From Rhodobacter sp. (lineage in GTDB: Bacteria; Pseudomonadota; Alphaproteobacteria; Rhodobacterales; Rhodobacteraceae), in assembly GCA_048262455.1 (NCBI GenBank), contig JBLXFD010000018.1:7030-71029 (forward strand): a stretch of 64,000 nucleotides of DNA, written 5' to 3'. A program made the position numbers and the translations under genes. Below, one piece after another: positions 23,550-33,679 of this stretch (within the stretch, counting starts at the first letter, position 1; the number at the start of each line of letters is the position of its first letter). Below the pieces are notes generated by a model. It saw only the letters and a program-made list of their open reading frames with translations, was not told the origin of the DNA and ran no database searches.

Positions 23550-24736
23550 AGCACCAGCCCGGGGTCGGCGCCCATGTCGAGGCCCGGGAACACGCCCTGC
23601 TCCAGCAAGGCGCGATCAAGCCCGAACAGCCCGCGCAGGGACCAGGCGGCGTAGGCGCGCACGTCGGCGGTGGGCATCAGGTCGCGCCGGTCCAGCAGCG
23701 CCGCTTCCTCCAGCCCCGGCCAGTCACCGAACACCCGGCCGCCGCGCAGCGCGCCGCCGGCCATCACCATCGCCCCGCCGGTGCCGTGATCGGTGCCGCC
23801 GGATCCGTTCTCGGCCACCGTGCGCCCGAACTCCGTCACCGCCAGCACCGCCGTGCGCGACCAGTTCGCCCCCAGCCCCTCTCGCAGGGTCAGGATCGAG
23901 CGTTGCAGCCGGTCCAGCGCCCGGTCCAGCCCCCGCGCCTGCCCCCGGTGGGTGTCCCAGCCGGTGAGCGAGTAGGAGGCGATGCGCGCGGTTTCGTTCA
24001 GCCGGTCCGCGGCGAAGGCGGCCAGCGGTTCGCGCCGGGCGCCCGAGGCCAGCGGCGGCAGGTCGGCGCGGTCCAGCCGCTCTGCCAGGTCCAGCGCCTC
24101 GGCGGCGGCGGCGGCGAAGGCAGGATCGGGGTCGTAGACGTGTTCCAGCAGCAGCCGGGCCTGGGGCGTCACCTCCAGCTCCAGCCCCGGGTCCCAGCGC
24201 CGCACCGGCGCCGCGCCGCGCAGGATGCCCATCTCGCCGTCGCCCACGGCAAAGGCGGTCTCGGCCCCCGCCCCCGGCAGCGCCTGCAGCAGCCGGTTCA
24301 GCCAGCCGCCGCGCCGGGCGCCCGGGGCCACGTCCATGCCGGTGCCGGCCTCCAGCAGGTCCTGTCCGTCGAAGTGGCTGCGCTTGTCGCGGTAGGGGGT
24401 GGAGACCGCCTGCGCGAAGCCCAGCTCTCCCGCCTGCCACAGCGGCAGCAGCGGGGCGAAGGCGGGGTGCATGCCCCAAAAGCCGTCCAGCGCCAGCGCG
24501 TCCGCCCGCGCCAGGGTGGGCCGGTGCGCGGCCAGCAGCGGGTCGCCCAGCGGCGGCAGCAGGCCCAGACCGTCCATCGCGCCGCGCAACACGATCACCA
24601 CCAGCCGCGCCTCGCCGGGCACCGCCGCGAAGGTCATGGGCGCGGTCAGCGGGTGCGCAGCGGCCGAGCAGGCCAGCCCCAGCGTGCCGCGCAGCATCCC
24701 GCGCCTGGTGATCCTGCCCATGCCCTGCCCCCTCAT
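23546..24736 (-). CDS. DUF1501 (sulfatase-like, Tat-exported) protein
   Basis: Tat-like motif RRGMLRG. Motifs RSHFDGQDLLE, GWDTH and EFGRT..N..GGTDHG. ATGA overlap with the upstream DUF1800 gene. Confidence 0.75.
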   Translation of the reverse strand: MRGQGMGRITRRGMLRGTLGLACSAAAHPLTAPMTFAAVPGEARLVVIVLRGAMDGLGLLPPLGDPLLAAHRPTLARADALALDGFWGMHPAFAPLLPLWQAGELGFAQAVSTPYRDKRSHFDGQDLLEAGTGMDVAPGARRGGWLNRLLQALPGAGAETAFAVGDGEMGILRGAAPVRRWDPGLELEVTPQARLLLEHVYDPDPAFAAAAAEALDLAERLDRADLPPLASGARREPLAAFAADRLNETARIASYSLTGWDTHRGQARGLDRALDRLQRSILTLREGLGANWSRTAVLAVTEFGRTVAENGSGGTDHGTGGAMVMAGGALRGGRVFGDWPGLEEAALLDRRDLMPTADVRAYAAWSLRGLFGLDRALLEQGVFPGLDMGADPGLVL

Positions 24737-26118
24737 CGCCGGTTGAACTCGGCCGAGGCCAGCACCAGCCCCAGCCCCTCCTCGCGGGTCTCCGCCACCC
24801 GCGCGGCCCAGAGCAGCCGCTCGCCCGCCACGTCGCCCAGTGCCATGGAGGCGAAAGCCTCGGGCTCCCGCTCCGCTGCCCGCCGCCCCGCCGCGCCCAG
24901 GGCCCAGCGGATGCGCGGCGCCAGGGCCTGGGGCTGCACCCAGGCGGCGCTGTCGTCCGGGAAGCCGTCGGGGCCGGAGGGGCCGGCGTAGTCCTGCCCC
25001 ATGGCCGAGAGCGGGCGCAGCAGGTCGCGGGCGAAGGGACCGGGCGCCATGGCCACCAGTTCCGCCCCCGTGACCCCCAGCGCGCGCAGGGCCGAGCCGA
25101 GGTATTCCAGCGGCAGCTTCACCTTGGCGCCGAAGCCGCGCCAGGCCGCCGGGTGGTCCAGCATCGCCGCGTAGACCTGCGCCAGGTCGCCGCCGCTGTC
25201 CGTCCAGGCCCCCGCCATCGCCGTCACCAGCGCCGGGTCCGGGGTGTCGGAAGTAAAATGCGCCGCCAGCTTGGCCGACAGGTGCCGCGCGGTGGCCGGG
25301 TGTACCGCGAGGTCGTCCAGCGCGGCATGGATGTCCGACAGCTGCGCCGTGCCGTCGCCGCCGTAGCTGCGGCCCAGCACCGTTTCCGCCCCCGGCTCGG
25401 CATTGGCGGAGCGGAAGACCAGTTCGTCGTGGCGGCGGATGTTGAAGGTCAGCCCGGTCAGCAGCTCGGCCAGCTGGCGCACGTCCGCCTGCCCGTAGGG
25501 GCCGGCGACGCCGAGGGTGTGAAGCTCCAGCACCTCGCGGGCGAGGTTCTCGTTCAAGCCGCCGCGGCCCTTCTTGCCGACCTTGGAGTTGGGGCCGATG
25601 CTGGCGGTCTGGTCGAGGTAGATCAGCATCATCGGGTGTGTCACCGCCGCCTTCAGCAGCGCGCCGAAGCTACCGGCAAGGTGCGGGCGGATCGCCTCGT
25701 CGCGGTAGGCGGGGCCGGCGGCGCGGTGGGTGATGGGGCCGAAGCGCACGGCGAAGTGGTTGCCCCAGAACTGCGCCAGCCGTTCGCGGAAGGGATCGTC
25801 CGTCTCGGCCATGCGCGCCAGTTCCGCCGCCAGCCCCTGCCCCAGCGCCCGCTGCAGTCCGCTGCGCAGGCGCTTGACGCGGTCCTCGGCGCCGGGCTCC
25901 TGCTTGCGCCGGGCGCGCAGGGCCTCGGCCCAGGCACCGCCCAGCGCGGCGGCCTCGGGGAAGGGCATCTTGGGGAAGCGGGCCAGCGCCGTGTCCGGCC
26001 CGGCCAGCCGGTCCAGCATCGCGGCGGGCGCGGTGGGAGCGCCCAGCGCGGGATAGCCGCAGCCATAGCGGATCAGCGCGTAGCTGTCGCGCGAGATCGG
26101 GCGGTCGAACAGGGTCAT
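24733..26118 (-). CDS. DUF1800 protein
   Basis: Motifs FWGNHFAV and NENLAREVLELHTLGV. It has the usual partner arrangement with DUF1501. Confidence 0.75.
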   Translation of the reverse strand: MTLFDRPISRDSYALIRYGCGYPALGAPTAPAAMLDRLAGPDTALARFPKMPFPEAAALGGAWAEALRARRKQEPGAEDRVKRLRSGLQRALGQGLAAELARMAETDDPFRERLAQFWGNHFAVRFGPITHRAAGPAYRDEAIRPHLAGSFGALLKAAVTHPMMLIYLDQTASIGPNSKVGKKGRGGLNENLAREVLELHTLGVAGPYGQADVRQLAELLTGLTFNIRRHDELVFRSANAEPGAETVLGRSYGGDGTAQLSDIHAALDDLAVHPATARHLSAKLAAHFTSDTPDPALVTAMAGAWTDSGGDLAQVYAAMLDHPAAWRGFGAKVKLPLEYLGSALRALGVTGAELVAMAPGPFARDLLRPLSAMGQDYAGPSGPDGFPDDSAAWVQPQALAPRIRWALGAAGRRAAEREPEAFASMALGDVAGERLLWAARVAETREEGLGLVLASAEFNRR

Positions 26119-26268
26119 GGCAGGGCCGGCAGGATCATCGCGTCAGCATAGCAGGATGGCGGGCGGCGCCACAGTGCCATGCACGCCGGATGCGCGCCGC
26201 CCCGCTTACGCCAGCGGCGGTGTTGCCGGGGCCGCGACAATGCGCGGCCGCCCGGCGGATTGTCGACC

Positions 26269-28047
26269 TCAGTCGTCCTTCGGCAGCACCCGCAGGCGCA
26301 GTTCCATCAACTGGTCCGAGGTGGGCTCCGACGGGGCGCCCATCATCAGGTCCTCGGCGCGCTGGTTCATCGGGAACATGATGACCTCGCGGATGTTCTG
26401 CTCGTCCGCCAGCAGCATCACCATCCGGTCGATCCCCGCCGCGCAACCGCCGTGGGGCGGGGCGCCGTAGCGGAAGGCATTCAGCAGGCCGGGGAACCGG
26501 TTCTCCACCTCTTCCTTCGGGTATCCCGCGATCTCGAAGGCGCGGTACATGGTTTCCGGCTTGTGGTTGCGGATCGCGCCCGAGATCAGCTCGTACCCGT
26601 TGCAGGCCAGGTCGTACTGGTAGCCCAGCACCTGCAGCGGGTCGCCCTGCAGCGCGTCGATCCCGCCCTGCGGCATCGAGAAGGGGTTGTGCGAGAAGTC
26701 GACCTTCCCGGTCTCCTCGTCCTTCTCGTACATCGGGAAATCGACGATCCAGGCGAAGGCGAAGCGGTCCTTGTCGGTCAGCGACAGTTCCTCGCCGATC
26801 ACGGTGCGGGCGCGGCCGGCGACGGATTCGAAGCTGGCAGGCTTGCCGCCGAGGAAGAAGGCGGCATCGCCGACGCCGAGATCCAGCTGCTGGCGGATCG
26901 CCTCGGTCCGCTCGGGCCCGATGTTCTTGGCGAGCGGGCCGGCGGCCTCCATCCCGTCGGCGCCCTCGCGCCAGAAGATGTACCCCATCCCCGGCAGCCC
27001 CTGCTGCTGGGCGAAGGCGTTCATGCGGTCGCAGAACTTCCGGCTGCCGCCGCCCGGCGCGGGGATGGCGCGGATCTCTGTCCCGTCCTGTTCGAGGATC
27101 TTCGCGAAGATGGCAAAGCCGGAGCCGGCGAAATGCTCGCTGACCACCTGCATCCTGATCGGGTTGCGCAGGTCGGGCTTGTCGGTGCCGTACCAGCGCA
27201 GCGCGTCGGCATAGGCGATGCGCGGCCACTCGGCGTCGACGCGGCGGCCCTTGCCGAACGTCTCGAAACAGCCACGCAGCACCGGCTCGACGGCGGCAAA
27301 GACGTCCTCCTGCTCGACGAAGGACATCTCGACGTCGAGCTGGTAGAAATCGGTGGGCGAGCGGTCGGCGCGCGGGTCCTCGTCGCGGAAGCAGGGGGCG
27401 ATCTGGAAGTAGCGGTCGAAGCCCGAGACCATGATCAGCTGCTTGAACAGCTGCGGCGCCTGGGGCAGCGCGTAGAACTTGCCCGGGTGCAGCCGCGAGG
27501 GCACCAGGAAGTCGCGCGCGCCCTCGGGGCTGGAGGCGGTGATGATCGGGGTCTGGAACTCGTTGAACCCCTGGTCCCACATCCGCTGGCGCAGGTCGCG
27601 CACCACGGCAGAGCGCAGCATGATATTGTCGTGCAGCCCCTCGCGGCGCAGGTCGAGGTAGCGGTAGCGCAGGCGGGTTTCCTCGGGGTAGTCCTGGTCG
27701 CCGAAGACCTGCAGCGGCAGCTCGGCGGCGGCGCCCAGCACCTCGATGCCGCGCACGAAGACCTCGATCTCGCCGGTGGGGATCTTGCCATTCACCAGCT
27801 CCGCGTCGCGGGCCTTCACCACGCCCTCGATGCCGATGCACCATTCCGCGCGCACCTTCTCGACCTCGGCGAAGGCGGGGGAGTCCGGGTCGCAGAGCAC
27901 CTGGGTGATGCCGTAATGGTCGCGCAGGTCGATGAACAGGATGCCACCGTGGTCGCGGACCCGGTGCACCCAGCCGGCGAGACGCACGGTCTCGCCCACG
28001 TCATCCTTGCGAAGATCGGCGCAGGTGTGGCTGCGATAGGCGTTCAT
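26269..28047 (-). CDS. aspS: Aspartate--tRNA ligase
   Basis: [31 protein letters not shown]; class II motifs FRDED, GGIDR and GAPPHGG. Internal ATG 28047. Confidence 0.95.
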   Translation of the reverse strand: MNAYRSHTCADLRKDDVGETVRLAGWVHRVRDHGGILFIDLRDHYGITQVLCDPDSPAFAEVEKVRAEWCIGIEGVVKARDAELVNGKIPTGEIEVFVRGIEVLGAAAELPLQVFGDQDYPEETRLRYRYLDLRREGLHDNIMLRSAVVRDLRQRMWDQGFNEFQTPIITASSPEGARDFLVPSRLHPGKFYALPQAPQLFKQLIMVSGFDRYFQIAPCFRDEDPRADRSPTDFYQLDVEMSFVEQEDVFAAVEPVLRGCFETFGKGRRVDAEWPRIAYADALRWYGTDKPDLRNPIRMQVVSEHFAGSGFAIFAKILEQDGTEIRAIPAPGGGSRKFCDRMNAFAQQQGLPGMGYIFWREGADGMEAAGPLAKNIGPERTEAIRQQLDLGVGDAAFFLGGKPASFESVAGRARTVIGEELSLTDKDRFAFAWIVDFPMYEKDEETGKVDFSHNPFSMPQGGIDALQGDPLQVLGYQYDLACNGYELISGAIRNHKPETMYRAFEIAGYPKEEVENRFPGLLNAFRYGAPPHGGCAAGIDRMVMLLADEQNIREVIMFPMNQRAEDLMMGAPSEPTSDQLMELRLRVLPKDD

Positions 28048-28352
28048 CGGGCGGTCCCTTCGGTTCCGGAAAATCCTGCGCGATACAACGCGCCGTCGCG
28101 CGGAAGTCAAGTCGGGGCGGGCCGGGGCGGCGCGGGGTCACGGGGTCGGCAAGGCGGCAGAAAATGCGCGGGCGGTGGAACCAAGCGCGGCGGCAAAGAC
28201 TTATGGCAATGACCGAAGTACGGGCAAAACTGGACAAGTATCCGTTTTCATTGCAAAGTAATCCCGTGCCTGGACGAACTCGACGGTCCGCGGGGTCCAT
28301 AGAACGCCCGGGCTGCACCGGCGGGGGCCGGTGGACGGCGCAGGGGGTGACA

Positions 28353-29597
28353 ATGCTGGACTTTCTCTTCGACAAGATGGTGCGCACCATGATGCGCAAG
28401 AACGCGCTGCGGATCACCTTTCCGGACGGTCAGACGCGCGACTACGGCGACGGCTCGCCGGGCCCGGTGCACATCACCCTGCACGACCCCGCCATGCTTC
28501 CCCGGCTTGGCCTCAACCCCGAGCTGACGCTGGGCGAGGCCTACATGGACGGCACCATGACCATCAAGGACGACGACCTGCACGGGCTGTTCGCGGCGGT
28601 GATGCCGAACATCTCGAAGGGGCGCCGCACCGGCTGGCAGAAGGCGCTGGGGCGCACCCGCTCTGCCCTGCGCTGGCTGGACCAGTACAACCCGATGACC
28701 CGGGCGCGGCAGAACGTGGCGCATCACTACGACCTGTCGGCGCAGCTCTATGACCTCTTCCTCGACAGCGACAAGCAATACTCCTGCGCCTACTTCCGCA
28801 CACCAGAGGATACGCTGGAACAGGCACAGGCCAACAAGAAGGCCCATATCGCCGGCAAGCTGCTGATCGAGCCGGGGATGCGGGTGCTGGACATCGGCTG
28901 CGGCTGGGGCGGCATGGGGCTGACGCTGGCGCGCGACTACGGGGCGAAGGTGCTGGGCGTGACCCTGTCCGAGGAACAGCACAAGATCGCCACCGCCCGC
29001 GCCCGCGCCGAGGGGCTGGAGGACCGGGTCGAATTCCGGCTGACCGACTACCGCGCCGTGGACGAGACCTTCGACCGCATCGTCTCCGTGGGGATGTTCG
29101 AGCATGTGGGCACCCCGCATTACCGCGAGTACTTCGGCCATGTTCGCGATAAGCTGACCGAGGACGGCATCGCCTTGATCCACACCATCGGCCGCACCCT
29201 GCCGCCGGGCCACACCAACCCCTGGATCGCCAAGTACATCTTCCCCGGCGGCTACACCCCGGCCATGTCCGAGGCGATGCGCGCGGTGGAGCTGGAGGAT
29301 CTCTATCCCACCGACGTCGAGGTCTGGCGCCTGCACTACGCCGAGACCCTGCGCCACTGGCACGACCGCTTCATGGCGAACCGCGACCGGGTGAAGGCGA
29401 TCTACGATGAACGCTTCTGCCGGATGTGGAAGTTCTACCTGGTGGCCTGTGAGATGACCTTCCGCCACCACCACCAGTGCGTGTTCCAGTTCCAGCTGGC
29501 GCGCCGGCAGGACGCGGTGCCGCTGACGCGCGACTATCTCTACCGCGGCGACAAGGCCAAGGCGCGCGCCCCGGCGGCCTCGCACGCGGCAGAGTAG
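28353..29597 (+). CDS. cfa: Cyclopropane-fatty-acyl-phospholipid synthase-family SAM methyltransferase
   Basis: SAM motif VLDIGCGWGG, HYD.S..LY..FLD and the FEHVG family signature. ATG 28353 follows AGGGGG. Confidence 0.85.
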   Translation: MLDFLFDKMVRTMMRKNALRITFPDGQTRDYGDGSPGPVHITLHDPAMLPRLGLNPELTLGEAYMDGTMTIKDDDLHGLFAAVMPNISKGRRTGWQKALGRTRSALRWLDQYNPMTRARQNVAHHYDLSAQLYDLFLDSDKQYSCAYFRTPEDTLEQAQANKKAHIAGKLLIEPGMRVLDIGCGWGGMGLTLARDYGAKVLGVTLSEEQHKIATARARAEGLEDRVEFRLTDYRAVDETFDRIVSVGMFEHVGTPHYREYFGHVRDKLTEDGIALIHTIGRTLPPGHTNPWIAKYIFPGGYTPAMSEAMRAVELEDLYPTDVEVWRLHYAETLRHWHDRFMANRDRVKAIYDERFCRMWKFYLVACEMTFRHHHQCVFQFQLARRQDAVPLTRDYLYRGDKAKARAPAASHAAE

Positions 29598-29618
29598 GTG
29601 TCAGACAGGCGGGCGCGG

Positions 29619-30884
29619 TTAGCCCCGCAGCCGCGCCAGCAGCGCCCGGGTGGCGGCGCCGGTGACCGGCAGGCCCTGCGCCCGCTCGTAGGCCTCGATG
29701 GCGGCGGTGGTGCCCTTGCCCACCACCCCGTCGGCGCCTTTGGTGTCGTAGCCCGCGGCGGTCAGCCGTTCCTGGATCTCCTTGCGGTCGGCCAGCGTCA
29801 GGCCCTGCGCGTCGGGCGGGAAGTTGCCGCGCAGCGGCCCGCCTCCCGCCAGCCGGTCGGACAGGTGGCCCACCGCGATCACGTATTTCTCCGAGTTGTT
29901 GTAGCGCGCGATGGCGTTGAAGTTGCCGAACACCAGGAAGGCCGGCCCGCCCGCGCCCGAGGGCAGCAGGATCGCCCCCGGCCCGTGGTCCGGCAGGTTG
30001 CCGCCGCCCGCCAGCCGCACCCCCTGCCCCTGCCACTCCGCCACGCTGCGATTGCGCCCGCGCCCCGCCTGCCCGGCATTGAATCCCGCCGGCAGCGCCA
30101 CCTCCACGCCCCAGGGCTGGCCGGTGCGCCAGCCGGCGTTGCGCAGGTAGGCGCCGGTCGAGGCCAGCGCGTCGGTGGGATCGTCGGACCAGATGTCGCG
30201 CCGCCCGTCACCGGTGAAGTCGACGGCGTAGGCCTCGTAGGAGGTGGGGATGAACTGCGTGTGCCCCATGGCCCCGGCCCAGCTGCCGGTCATCCGGTCG
30301 ATGGTGATGTCGCCGTTCTGCAGGATCTTCAGCGCCGAGATCAGCTGTTTCTCGAAGAAGGCGCCGCGGCGGCCGTCGTAGGCCAGCGTCGCCAGCGCCG
30401 AGATCACCGGCACCGTGCCGCGCCGGGCGCCATAGCGGCTTTCGATGCCCCAGATCGCCGCCACCACCTGCTTTTCCACCCCGTAGCGCGCCTGCACCGC
30501 GTCCAGCGCCGCCGCGTGCCGCGCCATCATCGCGCGGCCGGTGGACACGCGGTCGGCGTCCACCGTCAGCGCCAGGTAGTCCTGCAGCGAGCGGTCCACC
30601 TCGGCCTGGTTGCGGTCGCGCTCGATCACCAGAGGCAGGAAACCGGCGCTGCCCAGCGCGCGCGTGACCACGGGCTCCGAGATGCCCGCAGCCCTCGCGC
30701 GGGGGCCGAAGGCCTGCAGCCATGCGTCGAAGCCGGGGTTGGGGACGGCCTTGAACTGCACCTCCGGCACGGGACCTGCACCGAGACCGGGGCCGTCGAA
30801 ACGCGCGCCGCCGCTGCAGGCCGAAAGCGCGGCGGCCGAAAGCGTCAGCAGCAGGCTGCGGCGGGAGATTGCGGAAAGCGTCAT
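29619..30884 (-). CDS. Lytic murein transglycosylase (MltB/SLT_2-like) with C-terminal peptidoglycan-binding domain; lipoprotein
   Basis: Lipobox-like signal MTLSAISRRSLLLTLSAAALSAC. Motifs IWGIESRYG and GAMGHTQFIP. C-terminal PG_binding-like ..IQERLTAAGYDTKGADGVVG... The track ORF extension (to 31379) reads through repeat array C. Confidence 0.85.
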   Translation of the reverse strand: MTLSAISRRSLLLTLSAAALSACSGGARFDGPGLGAGPVPEVQFKAVPNPGFDAWLQAFGPRARAAGISEPVVTRALGSAGFLPLVIERDRNQAEVDRSLQDYLALTVDADRVSTGRAMMARHAAALDAVQARYGVEKQVVAAIWGIESRYGARRGTVPVISALATLAYDGRRGAFFEKQLISALKILQNGDITIDRMTGSWAGAMGHTQFIPTSYEAYAVDFTGDGRRDIWSDDPTDALASTGAYLRNAGWRTGQPWGVEVALPAGFNAGQAGRGRNRSVAEWQGQGVRLAGGGNLPDHGPGAILLPSGAGGPAFLVFGNFNAIARYNNSEKYVIAVGHLSDRLAGGGPLRGNFPPDAQGLTLADRKEIQERLTAAGYDTKGADGVVGKGTTAAIEAYERAQGLPVTGAATRALLARLRG

Positions 30885-31014
30885 GGCGGCCCCTCGTTTC
30901 TGGTTCTGTCTGCCCGGCGCGCAGGATAGCGGTTTCGCCGCCCCGCTCCCAGAGCAGATGTGCCCCGCGCCCGCCCCCGCGCGGGATGCCGCCTCGGGTA
31001 GCGGGGACACCGCC

Positions 31015-31408
31015 GTAGGGCGGGCTTCAGCCCGCCACTCCGCGATCCCGGCGGGCGAACCCGCCCTATTGCGCCACGGCGGGGTGAACCCCGCCCTACA
31101 CCTCGTTCGAACGAGGCCCTGACCAGCCCCCGAACAAGCCGGAGGCGCGGGGGCGAGCGCCTGCCCGTCCCGGCGGGCTGGCGTCGCGCTACGGCGGGGT
31201 GAACCCCGCCCTACACATCGTCCGAACGAGGCGCTGATCAGCCCCCGAACAAGCCGAAGCCGCGGGGCGAGCGCCTGCCCGTCCCGGCGGGCTGGCGCTG
31301 TGTCATCTTCGTGCAACGCTCGTTCTGAGTGCGGACTTGGCCGGGATAAAGCGCCCATGCTTGAGGCCGGAAGCGCCACCCCACGGGCAGGCTCACGCTG
31401 CGCCCTAC
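31015..31408 (-). repeat. REP/BIME-like repeat array C
   Basis: Hairpins at 31015-31036 (GTAGGGCGGGCTTCAGCCCGCC, plus orientation), 31050-31069, 31078-31099 and 31193-31214 (GGCGGGGTGAACCCCGCCCTAC). The spacer modules are homologous to arrays A and B. Confidence 0.85.
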
Positions 31409-31421
31409 CTCGCCTTCCGCG

Positions 31422-32279
31422 TCACCCCTGCGCCAACCCCCGCGCCAGCCGCAGCGCCCCGTCCAGCGGGCTGCCCTCGGGCGCCACCAGCGCCGCGCGC
31501 ACCTCTTCCGGCAGAAAGGGCGCGTAGTGCGGGCCGATGCCGCCGATCAGGCAGACCGGCTCGCCCGCCTCCCGCTCCAGCGCCGCCAGCGCCCGCAGGA
31601 TCCAGTCCGCCCCCGCCTGCATCAGGTCCCGCGCCGCCGGGTCCTCGCCCGCCGCCTCCACCACCTGCCGCGCCAACCGGCCGTAGTCCGCCGGCACCGC
31701 GCGCAGGCTGAAAAACACCGCCGCGGGCAGCCCGCCCTGCTGTTCCAGCACCCGTTCCAGCAGCGGCGAGCCCGTGGCCATCCCGTCCTGCCAGTCCGCC
31801 AGTCGCGACAGCAGCCCGCGCCCCAGCCAGGCGCCCGAGGCCTGGTCCGATATCTGCCAACCCCAGCCGCCGACAAAGCCCCGCGCGCCGCCCGCCTGCC
31901 GCCCGATGAAGGAACCGGTGCCGATCGCTGCGAGGCAGCCGTCGCGCCCGCCAAGCGCCCCCACCATGCCGGTGGGACGGTCGTCGCTGACCTCCAGCCG
32001 CCGGAAGGTCAGGCCCGCGCGCAGCCGCTCTGCCTGCCCCGGATCGATCAGCCCGGCCAGCCCGACCCAGGCCGCGCCATTCTCCAGCGCCTCGCGGCTC
32101 AGCCCCGCGGCAATCCGCGCCTCCTCCAGCGCCGCGCGGACGCTGGCCAGCGCGCCTTCCGGAGAGGTGGCGACGTTGGCGGCGGGCCCGCTGCCCTGCC
32201 CCAGCACCCGGCCCTCGCCGTCACAAATCGCCGCGCGGCAGCCGGTGCCGCCGCCGTCCACGCCTACGCAGATCGTCAT
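31422..32279 (-). CDS. BadF/BadG/BcrA/BcrD-type ATPase (N-acetylglucosamine-kinase-like)
   Basis: N-terminal ICVGVDGGGTGCR actin-fold phosphate-1 motif, ~285 aa. ATG 32279 overlaps the upstream stop (ATGA); an alternative ATG lies at 32285. Confidence 0.7.
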   Translation of the reverse strand: MTICVGVDGGGTGCRAAICDGEGRVLGQGSGPAANVATSPEGALASVRAALEEARIAAGLSREALENGAAWVGLAGLIDPGQAERLRAGLTFRRLEVSDDRPTGMVGALGGRDGCLAAIGTGSFIGRQAGGARGFVGGWGWQISDQASGAWLGRGLLSRLADWQDGMATGSPLLERVLEQQGGLPAAVFFSLRAVPADYGRLARQVVEAAGEDPAARDLMQAGADWILRALAALEREAGEPVCLIGGIGPHYAPFLPEEVRAALVAPEGSPLDGALRLARGLAQG

Positions 32280-33679
32280 GCCCATCCTCCCGTCGCCCGG
32301 ATCAGCGACGCGTGCACCGCCTCGGCCCGCCGCAGCGCCTCGGCATCCGCCGCGCCGGCCAGCGCGTAGCCGTCCGGCCGCACCAGCGCCGCCGCCAGCC
32401 CGCGTTCCGCCAGCCAGTCCTCGCCGCCCCGCACCAGCGGCAGCGCCGTCTCAAGAGGCCCCCGCGCCAGCACCCAGAAGCCGCCGCGCGCCGCCTCGTC
32501 GGCCCGCTGGCCGCCTGTCACGGGCTGCGGCACCAACACGCCGCCGGTCCTGTCCCGCTCTCCCAGCCCCGGCCCGAGGTCGGGCCAGATGGAACGCATC
32601 CGTCCCTCCGGCACCTCGCCCCGCGCCGTGCGGTTGATCAGCCGCCCAAGGTCCACCGACAGCGCGATGAAGGCGCGGGCGTTGGGGGCGCGCTCTGTCT
32701 CGTAGCTGTCCAGCAAGTCGGGCGCCGCGCCGCCCTGCAGCGCCGCCAGCTTCCACGCCAGGTTCGCCGCGTCGCGCACCCCGGCGCACAGCCCCTGCCC
32801 CATGAAGGGCGGCATCTGGTGCGCCGCGTCCCCCGCCAGCAGCACCCGCCCCGCCCGCCAGCGCCGCGCCAGGCGCGAGCGGAAGACGTAGACCGCCGAC
32901 CGCTCCAGCCGCGCGTCCCCGGGGCCGATCCAGCGGGCGAGCCATGCCCAGGTCTGTTCGGGCGAGAATTCATCGGGATCGCCGGGGTCCAGCCGGATTT
33001 CCCACCGCCGGCGGTCGCCGACGCCGCGCACGTAGGTGGCGGGGCGGTCCGGGTCGCAGAACTGCACGGAGTGATCGCCGAGATCCGGGCGCGGGCGGGT
33101 CAGCGACAGGTCGGCCACCAGCCAGCGTTCCTCGAACCCCAAGTCTTCCTGCCCGATCCCCAGCGCCTGCCGCAGGAGAGAGCCGGCGCCGTCGCAGGCC
33201 ACCACGTGCCCGGCCCGCAGCGGGCCCGCCGAGGTCTGCAGCGTCACGCCGCCCTCGTCCTGCGCCAGGCCCGTCACCTCGGTGCCGGGGTGGAAGGTGA
33301 TCCCCGGAAACCGCGCCATCCCCGCCCGCAGCGCCCGTTCCACCCCCGGCTGGTGGCAGCGGTAGCTTTCGGCCCAGCCTTGCGGGCCGGTGCCGGTGTC
33401 GCGCGACCAGTCCACCAGCACCTTGCTCGCCGGGTCGCGGAACAGCATGCCGGGGTTCACCCGCGTCTCGGGCAGGATCGCCCCTGCCAGCCCCGCCGAC
33501 TGGAACACGCGCATGGTCTCGCCGTCGAAATGCACCGCGCGCGGCAGGTCATAGATCCGCGCCTGCCGCTCCAGCACCGCCACCCGCAGCCCGCGCCGGC
33601 CCAGCAGGTTCGCCAGCAGCGCGCCCACCGGCCCGCAGCCCACCACCGCCACCCCGGTCTCCTGCGGCAGGGGCGTCAC
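32276..33679 (-). CDS. FAD-dependent aromatic hydroxylase (MhpA / 3-(3-hydroxyphenyl)propionate hydroxylase-like)
   Basis: Motifs VVGCGPVGALLANLL, VACDGAGS and LLAGDAAHQMPPFMGQGLCAGVRDA. ATGA overlap with the upstream VOC gene. Confidence 0.75.
   Translation of the reverse strand: MTPLPQETGVAVVGCGPVGALLANLLGRRGLRVAVLERQARIYDLPRAVHFDGETMRVFQSAGLAGAILPETRVNPGMLFRDPASKVLVDWSRDTGTGPQGWAESYRCHQPGVERALRAGMARFPGITFHPGTEVTGLAQDEGGVTLQTSAGPLRAGHVVACDGAGSLLRQALGIGQEDLGFEERWLVADLSLTRPRPDLGDHSVQFCDPDRPATYVRGVGDRRRWEIRLDPGDPDEFSPEQTWAWLARWIGPGDARLERSAVYVFRSRLARRWRAGRVLLAGDAAHQMPPFMGQGLCAGVRDAANLAWKLAALQGGAAPDLLDSYETERAPNARAFIALSVDLGRLINRTARGEVPEGRMRSIWPDLGPGLGERDRTGGVLVPQPVTGGQRADEAARGGFWVLARGPLETALPLVRGGEDWLAERGLAAALVRPDGYALAGAADAEALRRAEAVHASLIRATGGWA

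Noticed and set aside
26135-28212. Long alternate-frame and antisense ORFs (26135..27844 minus, 26179..28212 plus) over aspS
   Set aside because: The aspS frame (26269..28047) carries the class II synthetase motifs. The others are compositional artefacts.
28048-28352. EcfG-type general-stress promoter (GGAAC-N16-17-CGTT) upstream of cfa; also checked upstream of rsbR (3776-3943) and osmC (55679-55757)
   Set aside because: There is a GGAAC at about 28177, but the downstream element reads ACTT/GACT rather than CGTT. I found no convincing match in the other two regions. No call is made.
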